Shown here: positions 1 through 8,886 of the stretch, piece after piece
How positions within the stretch are numbered: the stretch's first letter is position 1
How the letters are laid out: every line of letters begins with the position of its first letter
From: Candidatus Peribacteria bacterium
GTDB lineage: Bacteria > Patescibacteriota > Gracilibacteria > Peribacterales > Peribacteraceae
Length of the DNA stretch: 64,000 nt
Assembly: GCA_018652265.1 (NCBI GenBank)
Contig: JABICL010000030.1
Coordinates: forward strand, 6,818-70,817
Direction: 5' to 3'
Position numbers and translations under genes: made by a program
Notes under the pieces: model-generated
The model's database searches: none
The model's input: the letters and a program-made list of their open reading frames with translations, nothing else
What the model was told of the DNA's origin: nothing

Positions 1-11
1 AGATCGAAGGC

Positions 12-2792
12 ATGACTAAATTCAAAAGAGCTGTAGAAGACATAGATTCTAGAGTCGAGGAACACGAGGAAAACTATGGATTTGGCGAGAAGACTGGATC
101 ATATGATTGGGCTTGGGCAGTATATATGCGTGAAGAAGGAAAAATTGTTTTAAACAAAGCAAAAATTGAATGGTATGCAAAAGAGGAAGGGGTTTCATAT
201 GAAGAAGCAAAAGATATAGTCCTCACAGAGGAAAAAGAACATGCCATAAACCATAATTACGCACTACACGTAAACTCCAGATTTTTCATAGATACATACG
301 AAAAAGTTGAAAATACTGATGCAGGACTAATGTTAGAAAGAGTTGGGAAAAAATGGGTAAGCGACGTAGGCCTCACAGATGGACAATGGAAAACAGAAGT
401 AGCAGATGAATTAATTGCAAAGAGAGTTTTGTATAACAAATACAAACATTTGATCCCAGATCATGATCACATTCCGAAACACATACCTCTATATTTGGAT
501 GATGTTCTTCTATTTAACAAATTAGATAGTCTAGGAATAGAAACTAGCCATGAAAAAAGTGAAGAATTGGAAGATAATTATAAATTAGAATTTGGAAGAG
601 TAGGTGCGCGGGCAGGAGGACAAAACGAAGAAGATGAAGAGAACAGAAGACTTATAGAACATCCATACGTAGAAGGAGGAGATGGATCTAATGGATACGA
701 AGATGCATCCTCTACTGCACGCGAAATACGTGATGCAGAAAATGCACTTGTAAAAATAAGAGGATTCTTCGAAACATATCCAGCTCAAGCAGGAGCTTCA
801 TCTGAAGAATCTGGTAAAACAAATAAGCAAGTATCAGATGAACTTGCAAAGGAATTTGCAGAAGTAAACAAAACATATCAATCAGAAACAAATCCAGAAA
901 GAATTGATTATCTAAAAGGAAAAATATCTAGAATAAGCGGAGCTCTTTTAACTATAACAGGGAAAATTTCTAAGTTTGATTCTGATCAAAGAGATTTGAG
1001 AGGCGCAGAAAAAAGATCACTTGGAATACGAGCAATATGGTGGGAAGTAGAATGGATGGGAATAAACGATATAGTCGCAATATTTAAATCCATTGGAGAA
1101 GATATAAAGCGTCAACATCAAAGAAGGCAGCAAGGAAGAATAGGAAGAGTTGGCGGAGCTTTAACCTCATGGATAGATAAAACTCCAATACTAAATGAAC
1201 TTCCTTATATAAGTACAGTTCCAGCAGAATTCCAACGTAGAGCAAAACAAGCAGAAGTAGATGAGGTAGAAAACTGGAAAAAAGCCCTTGTGGATCTCGA
1301 TTCATATGAACTTCAAGAAATGGCACGAAAACCAGCAAATAAAGATCAACTGAAAGCCATTTTAAATATTTTGGCAGAACGCGGAAGAATAGATTGGGCA
1401 GATACAGAACTTTGGGATGCCCTGAACAGATTCTCATATTACACAATGCCAAAGGAAGAATGTGAGAGGAATGAAAGTTTGCGAGAAGATTGGCTTAGAA
1501 AAGTTATAGGAGATGTATACGACGACAAAGATCACTACAGAGCATGGAAGACTCAAAACGACAGTTCTATCGAAAGCGAGAAAAAGAAATTTACAACAGA
1601 GGCAGATAGACTTAGTAATCTTTCTGGAGGACTTACTGGAGAGCTTTCAAAGCAACTTAGGATGTTCGAAGAAACTAAGGCAAGGGGCGAAAAAACGATG
1701 CCAGACGATGTGCATCCCCACATATACGAAGAAATTCTCGATTACTCTATAAGAAATGGAAAAATGAGCATGGAAGATAAATTCTATTATCTTGTTCGTG
1801 GAATAGCATCTGGTCTTATGAATAGAGATAGGCTTGGATATTTAGCTGGAGAAGGCGCTGGAGGACTTCTGAATATTTTCCCATTTATCGATTACTTCTA
1901 TGGCAAAAATAACACGATGCCGGAAATTCAAGCTCTGGCAAAAAGGCTTACGGAAGAGAGTGATCCAGCCAAAGATGGTCATTACAGGCCAGGAATTAAA
2001 ACCAGACTTTGGCTTGAGCTAGAAGTATCACGAGAACCACGTGTACAAGAACGTCTAAGAAAAGGAATAGATAGAAAAGCAGGAGAAATGGACCACGACG
2101 ATATGCACTTCTTTATACCTCGTTTGGACTTTCAAACTATCAGTGGAATGGCACTTCCACAGGGTGGTGGTAAACAAAAGATGAGTAATGATGGATGGAG
2201 AAATGCATATTCTGGATATAACTCTTTCTTTAAATCTCTTGGAATACTTTCAAAAATGGAGGAAGACAGAGTAGACGGAGCTAAATTTAGTGCAGAAGAT
2301 GCTTATCAGATAATCAAAGGTGTAGCAGGTTATGTTCGTATGGATAGCATACTTACTAAGCGTTCAAGTTTTAGTGATACAAAAGGACGTAGACCTTCAA
2401 TTAGTTTTGGTGAAATGAGAAATACTTATTCTGTAGCAAGCGGAGGAGAACATACCGTGTACGAAGATAGAGGTAAGGTTGATATATTTATAAGAAAAAT
2501 GCTAAAAGCATATGACTTCGAAGATGATTACATAGAAAAACTACTATTAGACACAGAAAGCAATCCGAATAGAGAAAAATCTGAACAAGATATGGCTGAA
2601 CAATTATCTGATGGATTAGAACATCACTTAGAAAAGGCCGTAAAAGAAAAGGGCATAGAAAGAATGAAAAATCTTCTAAAAGAAAGTATAGGAAATTTCA
2701 CAGAATCAGATGAAGAAGGTTACAATTACAATAATGCAAAGGAAATGTATAAAGAAAGTATAAAAGCAAAAAGAGAATTCACTAAAAGCTAA
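12..2792 (+). CDS. Large soluble hypothetical protein (926 aa) heading a unit with three T4SS-pilin-like genes
   Basis: Unbroken 2.8 kb ORF; its stop overlaps the next start (TAATG, 2790-2794); no hydrophobic segments and no catalytic motif I can name. Confidence 0.6.
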   Translation: MTKFKRAVEDIDSRVEEHEENYGFGEKTGSYDWAWAVYMREEGKIVLNKAKIEWYAKEEGVSYEEAKDIVLTEEKEHAINHNYALHVNSRFFIDTYEKVENTDAGLMLERVGKKWVSDVGLTDGQWKTEVADELIAKRVLYNKYKHLIPDHDHIPKHIPLYLDDVLLFNKLDSLGIETSHEKSEELEDNYKLEFGRVGARAGGQNEEDEENRRLIEHPYVEGGDGSNGYEDASSTAREIRDAENALVKIRGFFETYPAQAGASSEESGKTNKQVSDELAKEFAEVNKTYQSETNPERIDYLKGKISRISGALLTITGKISKFDSDQRDLRGAEKRSLGIRAIWWEVEWMGINDIVAIFKSIGEDIKRQHQRRQQGRIGRVGGALTSWIDKTPILNELPYISTVPAEFQRRAKQAEVDEVENWKKALVDLDSYELQEMARKPANKDQLKAILNILAERGRIDWADTELWDALNRFSYYTMPKEECERNESLREDWLRKVIGDVYDDKDHYRAWKTQNDSSIESEKKKFTTEADRLSNLSGGLTGELSKQLRMFEETKARGEKTMPDDVHPHIYEEILDYSIRNGKMSMEDKFYYLVRGIASGLMNRDRLGYLAGEGAGGLLNIFPFIDYFYGKNNTMPEIQALAKRLTEESDPAKDGHYRPGIKTRLWLELEVSREPRVQERLRKGIDRKAGEMDHDDMHFFIPRLDFQTISGMALPQGGGKQKMSNDGWRNAYSGYNSFFKSLGILSKMEEDRVDGAKFSAEDAYQIIKGVAGYVRMDSILTKRSSFSDTKGRRPSISFGEMRNTYSVASGGEHTVYEDRGKVDIFIRKMLKAYDFEDDYIEKLLLDTESNPNREKSEQDMAEQLSDGLEHHLEKAVKEKGIERMKNLLKESIGNFTESDEEGYNYNNAKEMYKESIKAKREFTKS

Positions 2793-3196
2793 TGAAAAAA
2801 TTTATATCCACAATATCCGGCATAGCACTAGCAATGACACTAAGTGTCACCACATTCGCTGCGCAAAGACCAATTGAGCTGCTCGAACCTGTGCCAAATG
2901 GCACGCCAAGCGGATTAACTGAAATAGTAATAGATACAAGTCAGCCACTTCCTCCTCTAAGCATACTAAATGCTTACTTAAACCCATTTATACCATGGGC
3001 AATAGGAGTTTCTGCTGGACTTGCCATTCTTATGATAATCCTTGGAGGATTCCAGATTATGCTTAGTGGTGGAGGAGATATAAAAAACAGCGCAGGAACA
3101 AAAAGAATAATGTCTGCAATATTTGGACTCCTGATTCTTGTATTTTCTGCAACTATACTCAACTGGTTAAATGCAAATTACTTCAGGCTAATCTAA
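2792..3196 (+). CDS. Small membrane protein with TrbC/VirB2-type (T4SS pilin-like) topology, paralog 1
   Basis: 134 aa: signal peptide (..TTFA/AQ), then two hydrophobic helices split by short loop SGGGDIKNSAGTKR; family call is pattern recognition only. Confidence 0.55.
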   Translation: MKKFISTISGIALAMTLSVTTFAAQRPIELLEPVPNGTPSGLTEIVIDTSQPLPPLSILNAYLNPFIPWAIGVSAGLAILMIILGGFQIMLSGGGDIKNSAGTKRIMSAIFGLLILVFSATILNWLNANYFRLI

Positions 3197-3780
3197 TGAA
3201 ATTTAAAATAATAAATTTACTGGCACTTGTTATCGCATTCACAATACCTGAGTCAGCACTTGCTCTGCCTCCACCAATCATATGTGGAATAATTCCTGGA
3301 TGTGGACAAGGTCCCGAGAATGTAATTCATACAGCAGGAGTGCCACTAATTGCACAAATATTACTCAACACCGCTGCAGTCCTTAGTTTGATCTTTGTAA
3401 TGGTAGGAGGAGCCAGACTTCTTCTTAGCTTTGGAAATGATGATGCATTTAATAGGGCAAGACAAACAATTGTATGGTCACTTGGAGGAATGATTACTGC
3501 AATCATGTCTCATAGAATAGTTATGATTGTGATCTCTGAAACTTATGTAACAGGAGGCAATCCAATACTCGATTTCCTAGCAACTGTAGTAAATATAATG
3601 TCTATGCTTCTTAATGTTACATTTTTGATTGCTGTACTTATAGGAGGATTCCGCATGGTAATGGCCAGAGGAAAAGACGAAGAAGTATCCAAGGGAAAAA
3701 CAATGATCATATATGCAATCATAGGAACTATAATTATAAATCTAGCCCCATTTATTGTTCGTATGGCTATAGCATTCTAA
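3196..3780 (+). CDS. Small membrane protein with TrbC/VirB2-type topology, paralog 2
   Basis: 194 aa: signal peptide, helix-loop(SFGNDDAFNRARQ)-helix plus extra C-terminal helices; start overlaps previous stop. Confidence 0.55.
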   Translation: MKFKIINLLALVIAFTIPESALALPPPIICGIIPGCGQGPENVIHTAGVPLIAQILLNTAAVLSLIFVMVGGARLLLSFGNDDAFNRARQTIVWSLGGMITAIMSHRIVMIVISETYVTGGNPILDFLATVVNIMSMLLNVTFLIAVLIGGFRMVMARGKDEEVSKGKTMIIYAIIGTIIINLAPFIVRMAIAF

Positions 3781-3782
3781 AC

Positions 3783-4214
3783 ATGAAAAAATTTAAAACA
3801 CTAGAAGCGGCAAAATCTATCACAAAAATATTCTCACTACTACTTGGAATAAGCCTAGCTCCAACAAAAGCAATTGCTGTATCTCTATCGGATATAGGAA
3901 ATACGAATGCCGGAATAGCAGCTATGTGGACTGGAATTATGACCTACATGGCTCATCCTGGAGATCCAGATGGAATAGGAACAATTACTGGCATAGTTAT
4001 CGGTACAGTATTATTGATGATAGGCTCTGCTGCAGTTGCAGTGATTCTATATGCATCTATCAAGCTGATCACATCTGGAGGCAACGATGAAACTGTAAGA
4101 AAAGCATGGAAAGAGATGATTTTTTATGCAGTTTTGGGGCTTCTGTTTGCCATTCTTTCAGAGACCATAATGAACTATGTAATATCTTTGGTGAGCACAA
4201 TTTCTGCGAGCTAA
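3783..4214 (+). CDS. Small membrane protein with TrbC/VirB2-type topology, paralog 3
   Basis: 143 aa: signal peptide, helix-loop(TSGGNDETVRKAWKE)-helix; 2 nt after previous stop. Confidence 0.55.
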   Translation: MKKFKTLEAAKSITKIFSLLLGISLAPTKAIAVSLSDIGNTNAGIAAMWTGIMTYMAHPGDPDGIGTITGIVIGTVLLMIGSAAVAVILYASIKLITSGGNDETVRKAWKEMIFYAVLGLLFAILSETIMNYVISLVSTISAS

Positions 4215-4220
4215 AAAGAT

Positions 4221-4310
4221 ATGCTTCGACACGCACTTCGCCTCACAGAACTTAAGCGTCGCTGCGCTCTGCTTCAAGTTCAGCTCGCTCAGCGCGGCTC
4301 AGCATGACAT
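4221..4310 (-). repeat. Repeat family A, copy 1 (inverted orientation)
   Basis: 90 bp; reverse complement differs from copy 2 (5811-5900) at about 3 positions; begins/ends ATGTCATGCTGAGC...GTGTCGAAGCAT with internal stem GAACTTGAAGC/GCTTAAGTTC. Confidence 0.9.
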
Positions 4311-4328
4311 ATATGGTACAATTTCAAC

Positions 4329-5822
4329 ATGTTCTCAGTAAAAAAAGATGACCCATTTATAGTATTCAAGAAGCTACAGGACATCGCACGGAAAGAAGTA
4401 GGAGATGAAAACGTAATAGATCTTTCTCGTGGTGATCCTGGATTTGGATTTACACCATCTATACGAGGAAGAGAATTTGCAAGTTATGTATTACTTCTAG
4501 ATACAAGATTGAATCTAGATTCAGATAATAGATTCGCAACCAGAAAAGATGCAAAAGACTCAGATAGTATTTTGAAAAACATTAGAGATATAACTCTAGA
4601 AATTTACAAAAATGAAATAGGAGAAAAATTTCTTTCGGATCTTGATGAATTCATAGAATTTTCTATATTAGCTGCTAGAGAAGAAGGTAAAAATTGGGGG
4701 AAAGAAGATGTTCTGTGGGAATTATTTTCATATGCCGCTATGAGCGGAGGTTCATATTTAAATCCTCGCGGACAAGAACTTACTAGAATAATCACAGCTG
4801 CGTGGCATAGATCTGAGCTTGAAACAAATATATCTAGTAGAGACATAATACTTACAAACGGCGCAAGTCACGCAATAGGAACAATTTTTAAGGCGCTTGG
4901 AGAAGAGGGTAATGGATATTTAAAAAGAGGAGACAGTGTTGCAATTGCTTCCCCTGTGTATTCGCCTTATAACAGGATAATAGAAGAACGTGGACTTATA
5001 CCTATTCCCTACACTATGGATCCACTAACTGGAGAATTATCAAATCTTCAAGTAGACAAGAAGCCAAAAGCAATAATTCTGATAGATCCAAACAATCCAA
5101 CTGGATTCTCCCTTTCACAAGAATCTCTAAATGCACTTGCAAAATTTGCAAAGGATTCTAATTCTTTAATCATTACAGATGAAGTTTATTATTCTTTCTT
5201 TCCTCACAAAGAAACAATGATAAAAGTAGCTCCAGAAAGAACAATCTGCATAAATGCCAGATCAAAAACAGAAAGAAGCACAGGTCTTCGCTCTGGAGAA
5301 ATAATAATAACAAAAGCAGGACGTGAAAATATCGCACAAATGATAGGACTGTCTGATGCAGCATCTCTAGAGCAATTACTAATGTTCTCTAAGGCACCAG
5401 GCAGAACAGGTGGCCAATTCCAGCACACCACATTTGTGCCTGGCCCATCACAACTGCTTGGAATATCACATATAGCTCTAGGACGAGAAGAGCGTGAAGA
5501 ATATATGAAGAATCTTCAAAACAATCGTGATACTTTTTGCAAGAGCCTAAATCTTCCACACAAAAATAATACTTATTACATAATCTTTGATCTGGATTCA
5601 ATTGATGGATGTACGACTAAAGATTTACCAATCGAAGATAAGCTAATACTTCTTGCAAAAGCAGGAGTTGTTTTTATTCCTGCTTATAGATTTTTCGCAG
5701 AAGAAGATAGAGATAAACCAGGAGTACTCACATCTGTACGCGCTTCCATAGTAAACACTACACCTGACAAACTAAAAGAGGCCGGGGAAAGGGTTAAGAA
5801 AGTTTTGTGCATGTCATGCTGA
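4329..5822 (+). CDS. PLP-dependent aminotransferase, class I/II (long-armed, possibly aspartate 4-decarboxylase-like)
   Basis: 497 aa; LIDPNNPTG and SKTERSTGLRSG (PLP-Lys region) signatures; TACAAT 6 nt upstream of ATG; last codons MSC-stop come from repeat A copy 2. Confidence 0.85.
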   Translation: MFSVKKDDPFIVFKKLQDIARKEVGDENVIDLSRGDPGFGFTPSIRGREFASYVLLLDTRLNLDSDNRFATRKDAKDSDSILKNIRDITLEIYKNEIGEKFLSDLDEFIEFSILAAREEGKNWGKEDVLWELFSYAAMSGGSYLNPRGQELTRIITAAWHRSELETNISSRDIILTNGASHAIGTIFKALGEEGNGYLKRGDSVAIASPVYSPYNRIIEERGLIPIPYTMDPLTGELSNLQVDKKPKAIILIDPNNPTGFSLSQESLNALAKFAKDSNSLIITDEVYYSFFPHKETMIKVAPERTICINARSKTERSTGLRSGEIIITKAGRENIAQMIGLSDAASLEQLLMFSKAPGRTGGQFQHTTFVPGPSQLLGISHIALGREEREEYMKNLQNNRDTFCKSLNLPHKNNTYYIIFDLDSIDGCTTKDLPIEDKLILLAKAGVVFIPAYRFFAEEDRDKPGVLTSVRASIVNTTPDKLKEAGERVKKVLCMSC

Positions 5823-5900
5823 GCCGCACTGAGCGAGCTGAACTTGAAGCAGAGCGCAGCGACGCTTAAGTTCTGCGAGTCGAAGTGCGTGTCGAAGCAT
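5811..5900 (+). repeat. Repeat family A, copy 2
   Basis: 90 bp, supplies the stop codon of the aminotransferase; lies between convergent aminotransferase and frr. Confidence 0.9.
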
Positions 5901-5907
5901 GTTTCAA

Positions 5908-6450
5908 TCAAACCTGCATAATATCCTCCTCCTTTGACTTAGAAATTTCCTCTAATTCTTTATTTGCTTTATCTACTTCTTTTTGAAGAGCAGTTTCAAA
6001 ATCCCTGTGCTCATCTTCACTTCTACTTTCGTCTCTTTTCGAATTAGAATGAAATTCCTGACGCTGTTGTCTTACAGAAATCCTAGCTTCTTCTGCTAAT
6101 TCTTTAACTATCTTTACTATTTGCAAGCGCCTTTCTTCTGTCATTGGAGGCAAATTCAACCTAATTACAACACCATCATTAACAGGATTTACTCCTATGT
6201 TTGCATCACGAATAGCAGATTCTATCTGCTGCATTACGCCCTTATCCCATGGCTGTATAACTATAGTACGAGCATCCTGGATGCTAATACCTGCAACACC
6301 TTTTAGGGGCTGCTTTTGACCATATGCATCAATCATAATACCTTCTACTAAAGAAGCAGATGCTCTACCTGTCTGAAGCTTTGCATATTCCATCTTTAAA
6401 TGTTCTGTGGTTTTCTGCATGCCTTTCTTAAAAAGATTTATATCACTCAT
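5908..6450 (-). CDS. frr: Ribosome recycling factor
   Basis: 180 aa, full-length RRF-like sequence (..VNPVNDGVVIRLNLPPMTEERR..); TAAAAT 6 nt upstream of ATG. Confidence 0.95.
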   Translation of the reverse strand: MSDINLFKKGMQKTTEHLKMEYAKLQTGRASASLVEGIMIDAYGQKQPLKGVAGISIQDARTIVIQPWDKGVMQQIESAIRDANIGVNPVNDGVVIRLNLPPMTEERRLQIVKIVKELAEEARISVRQQRQEFHSNSKRDESRSEDEHRDFETALQKEVDKANKELEEISKSKEEDIMQV

Positions 6451-6487
6451 AGTTGTATTTTAGATTATTGGAAGCATTATTCCAACA

Positions 6488-6548
6488 AGCGATCTGCGTT
6501 CAGCGTTCAGCGTTCCGCAGCAAAGCAAAAAACGGATCGCGGATCGCT
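6488..6548. repeat. Heptad-repeat palindromic element (empty form of the 27083-27515 cassette)
   Basis: gcgatct gcgttca gcgttca gcgttcc ... cggatcg cggatcgct; ends AGCGATCTGCG / CGCGGATCGCT are inverted; left end identical 11-mer to 27082-27092. Confidence 0.8.
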
Positions 6549-6551
6549 AAT

Positions 6552-7262
6552 CTATGGCATCACTTTTGTCCCTACCTCCTCACCTTTTACAACTTTCAAC
6601 AAATTCCCCTTTTTACCAAAATCGAAAATAATCAACTTCATTCCCTGATCACGACAAAGGCTAAGTGCTGCTTGATCCATTACCTGCAAATTCTTTTCTA
6701 TGGCATCTTGCAGAGTTATAGAATCATATTTCTTGGCATCTTTGTTCGTATTTGGATCTTTATCGTAGACTCCATCTACATTTGTAGCCTTCAGTATCAC
6801 ATCACAATTAAGCTCAAGAGCCCGAAGAGCTGCAGCTGAATCAGTAGTAAAATATGGATTTCCGGTTCCTCCAGCACATATTATTACTCTCCCCTTCTCT
6901 AGATGCCTAACTGCACGCCTCCTTAGATATGGTTCTGCAAGTTGTGGAACATCTACAGCAGAACAAACTCTAGTCATAGCACCATTTGATTCTAATGACG
7001 CCTGCAAACCTACTGCATTCATTATGGTTGCTAGCATTCCCATTGCGTCACTTGCTGTTCGTTCTATTCCAGCCTCCTTTTTGTCACGATATCTCCAAAT
7101 ATTTCCTCCGCCTATAGTTACAGCTACTTCAACGCCTTCTTTCATTACAGAAATAATCTCTTCGGAGATATTAGCAATAGCCTCATCATCCAATCCATAT
7201 TCATTGTTTCCAGAGAGAGCTTCTCCGGAAAGCTTTAGCATTATTCTTTTGTATTTAGACAT
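6552..7262 (-). CDS. pyrH: UMP kinase
   Basis: KRIMLKLSGEAL and GGGNIWRY motifs; ORF-track N-terminal 42 aa is read-through of repeat B; ATG 7262 has TGcTACAAT 7 nt upstream. Confidence 0.93.
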   Translation of the reverse strand: MSKYKRIMLKLSGEALSGNNEYGLDDEAIANISEEIISVMKEGVEVAVTIGGGNIWRYRDKKEAGIERTASDAMGMLATIMNAVGLQASLESNGAMTRVCSAVDVPQLAEPYLRRRAVRHLEKGRVIICAGGTGNPYFTTDSAAALRALELNCDVILKATNVDGVYDKDPNTNKDAKKYDSITLQDAIEKNLQVMDQAALSLCRDQGMKLIIFDFGKKGNLLKVVKGEEVGTKVMP

Positions 7263-7312
7263 TGGGGAGATTGTAGCATATATGGCTGTGCCACGTGGTA
7301 ACGCTTGAAACT

Positions 7313-7423
7313 GGTCCTTCGACTCTCCGCCTTCGGCGGATCGCTCAGGATCATTCGATTCCATTGCAAAAATAGGATGGTTTACCATGAGTGAGTATTT
7401 TGCGCAGCAAAATACGAATCGAA
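7313..7423 (-). repeat. tRNA-trailer repeat family B, copy 1
   Basis: About 110 nt directly after the CCA of tRNA-Arg; tRNA-proximal 75 nt about 90 percent identical to 21552-21626; contains hairpins GTATTTTGC/GCAAAATAC and ATGGT/ACCAT closed by CCATTCGATTC/GAATCGAATG. Confidence 0.85.
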
Positions 7424-7500
7424 TGGTACCCCGGACAGGAATCGAACCTGTGACCTAAAGCTTAGAAGGCTTCCGCTCTATCCAACTGAGCTACCGGGGC
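7424..7500 (-). tRNA. tRNA-Arg (anticodon TCT), CCA encoded
   Basis: Cloverleaf folded by hand: acceptor GCCCCGG/CCGGGGT, anticodon loop CTTCTAA, T-loop TTCGATT. Confidence 0.9.
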
Positions 7501-7582
7501 ATACCTTTAGTATTATTAATATTCCAGAGAATTATACACACCTATAGTGATCTTTCTTACTCAAATTGCTATAATTTAGCTC

Positions 7583-7993
7583 ATGGAGATTACCCCAGAA
7601 CAAAAACAGGATATAGACAAGAATAAGGACGTCGCAGCAATGGGCTATTTATGGATAATGTCCGTAGTAGTTCTGTATGCAAGAAAAGATTCTCCATTTA
7701 TTCAATATCATGCAAGACAGGGGCTTTGGCTTTTTCTAGTCAGTATTCCTGTATGGCTAATACCTGGAATTGGTAAGTATCTAGAATTTTTCATACTTGC
7801 TGGAATGATCATAGGATTTATAAATGCTGCACAAGGTAATTATCATGATATTCCGATTGTTGGACAACTTGCAAAAGGATCTCTTACGCTACACGAAATA
7901 TGGAAAAAAGTTGTAGGAGCAATTGGAAATGCATTTGGCGTTTTCAAAAAAGGCGTCAAAAAACCAGACGATAATAAAAATGTAGATAATTGA
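7583..7993 (+). CDS. Small membrane protein, DUF4870-like
   Basis: 136 aa, 3 TM, YHARQG motif typical of that family (from memory); TGcTATAAT 7 nt upstream of ATG. Confidence 0.5.
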   Translation: MEITPEQKQDIDKNKDVAAMGYLWIMSVVVLYARKDSPFIQYHARQGLWLFLVSIPVWLIPGIGKYLEFFILAGMIIGFINAAQGNYHDIPIVGQLAKGSLTLHEIWKKVVGAIGNAFGVFKKGVKKPDDNKNVDN

Positions 7994-7995
7994 AA

Positions 7996-8370
7996 CTACT
8001 TATCCAATATCCCCTTCACGCTTTCTATAATCTTCGCAAAAGGTGCGTTTGCTTTTACCATGTAATCCGTAGCACCTAAAGATTTGGCCTTCTCTATATC
8101 TTCATCTTGTCCCAAATTAGAAAGAACCATCACAGGAGTATCTGTATGGCCAGAACCTTTCAGGAACATAAGAAAGTTAAACCCATCCATTCTAGGCATA
8201 ATTACATCTAGCAAAATCAAGTCGAAACTCTCTTGCTCTATTAACTCACTAGCTTCTTTTCCATCTTCAGAAATAGAAACTTGATACCCCTCCGACTCCA
8301 GCTTTATCTGTAAAGCATGAGAAAGCGCTTTTTCATCCTCAACTACTAATATGTGTTTTTTATCACTCAT
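7996..8370 (-). CDS. Stand-alone response-regulator receiver domain (CheY-like)
   Basis: 124 aa; VVEDE, LLDVIMPRMDG, ..KA.. receiver signatures; TATAAT 7 nt upstream of ATG. Confidence 0.9.
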   Translation of the reverse strand: MSDKKHILVVEDEKALSHALQIKLESEGYQVSISEDGKEASELIEQESFDLILLDVIMPRMDGFNFLMFLKGSGHTDTPVMVLSNLGQDEDIEKAKSLGATDYMVKANAPFAKIIESVKGILDK

Positions 8371-8412
8371 ACCAAGTATTATACCATTTTTAGACCTTAA
8401 TAAAAAGATGTT

Positions 8413-8886
8413 CTAGTGAACGAATTCCTCTGTCTCATCAGAATTTAATACCCTTACCCTACCTCCGGTATAAGGATACTGAATTTTATAACCCGTAAAG
8501 TAACTATGATTTTCGTATGCACGCTCTACAGGAACGCTCACTATATATCCTCCGGTTACAATTTCATCAATAAATAATACTCCGCCCTGCGCAGTACAAT
8601 CGCCTTCAGAAACAGTTGCCTTACACACTGGGGTAACATTTACAGTTTTGCCCTCATCAAATGGCACATCTCCACCATTGTCCCATCTATAATTAGATAT
8701 CGACTCAGAAACAGCACGAACTCCAACTTCTCCCTCTGTAGAAATTAATTTTGCAAAAATATCTGCGATATCTATTTTGGAAGAAATTAATATAAACAAA
8801 GATGCGAGGATAGCGAGCCCAAGAACTATTTCTATCATAGTTCCACCACATTTTTCCCTATTTTTTCTAAAAATATAATTCATCAT
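8413..8886 (-). CDS. Type IV pilin-like protein
   Basis: N-terminal G/GTMIEIVLGLAILA prepilin-like segment with Glu at +5; C-terminal Cys pair and ..TGYKI.. region resembling the C-terminus of the upstream pilin; start overlaps upstream stop. Confidence 0.55.
   Translation of the reverse strand: MMNYIFRKNREKCGGTMIEIVLGLAILASLFILISSKIDIADIFAKLISTEGEVGVRAVSESISNYRWDNGGDVPFDEGKTVNVTPVCKATVSEGDCTAQGGVLFIDEIVTGGYIVSVPVERAYENHSYFTGYKIQYPYTGGRVRVLNSDETEEFVH

Noticed and set aside
4221-5900. Aminotransferase unit as a composite transposon
   Set aside because: There is no transposase, no IS-like ends and no target-site duplication that I can see. It is kept only as a cassette-like observation.
7263-7388. 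N-terminal 42 residues of the ORF-track pyrH ORF (MVNHPIFAMESNDPERSAEGGESKDQ..)
   Set aside because: This stretch is the tRNA-trailer repeat B read in-frame. The second copy (21514-21626) has stops in that frame. UMP kinase homology begins at MSKYKRIMLKLSGE, and that ATG has a canonical -10 box 7 nt upstream.
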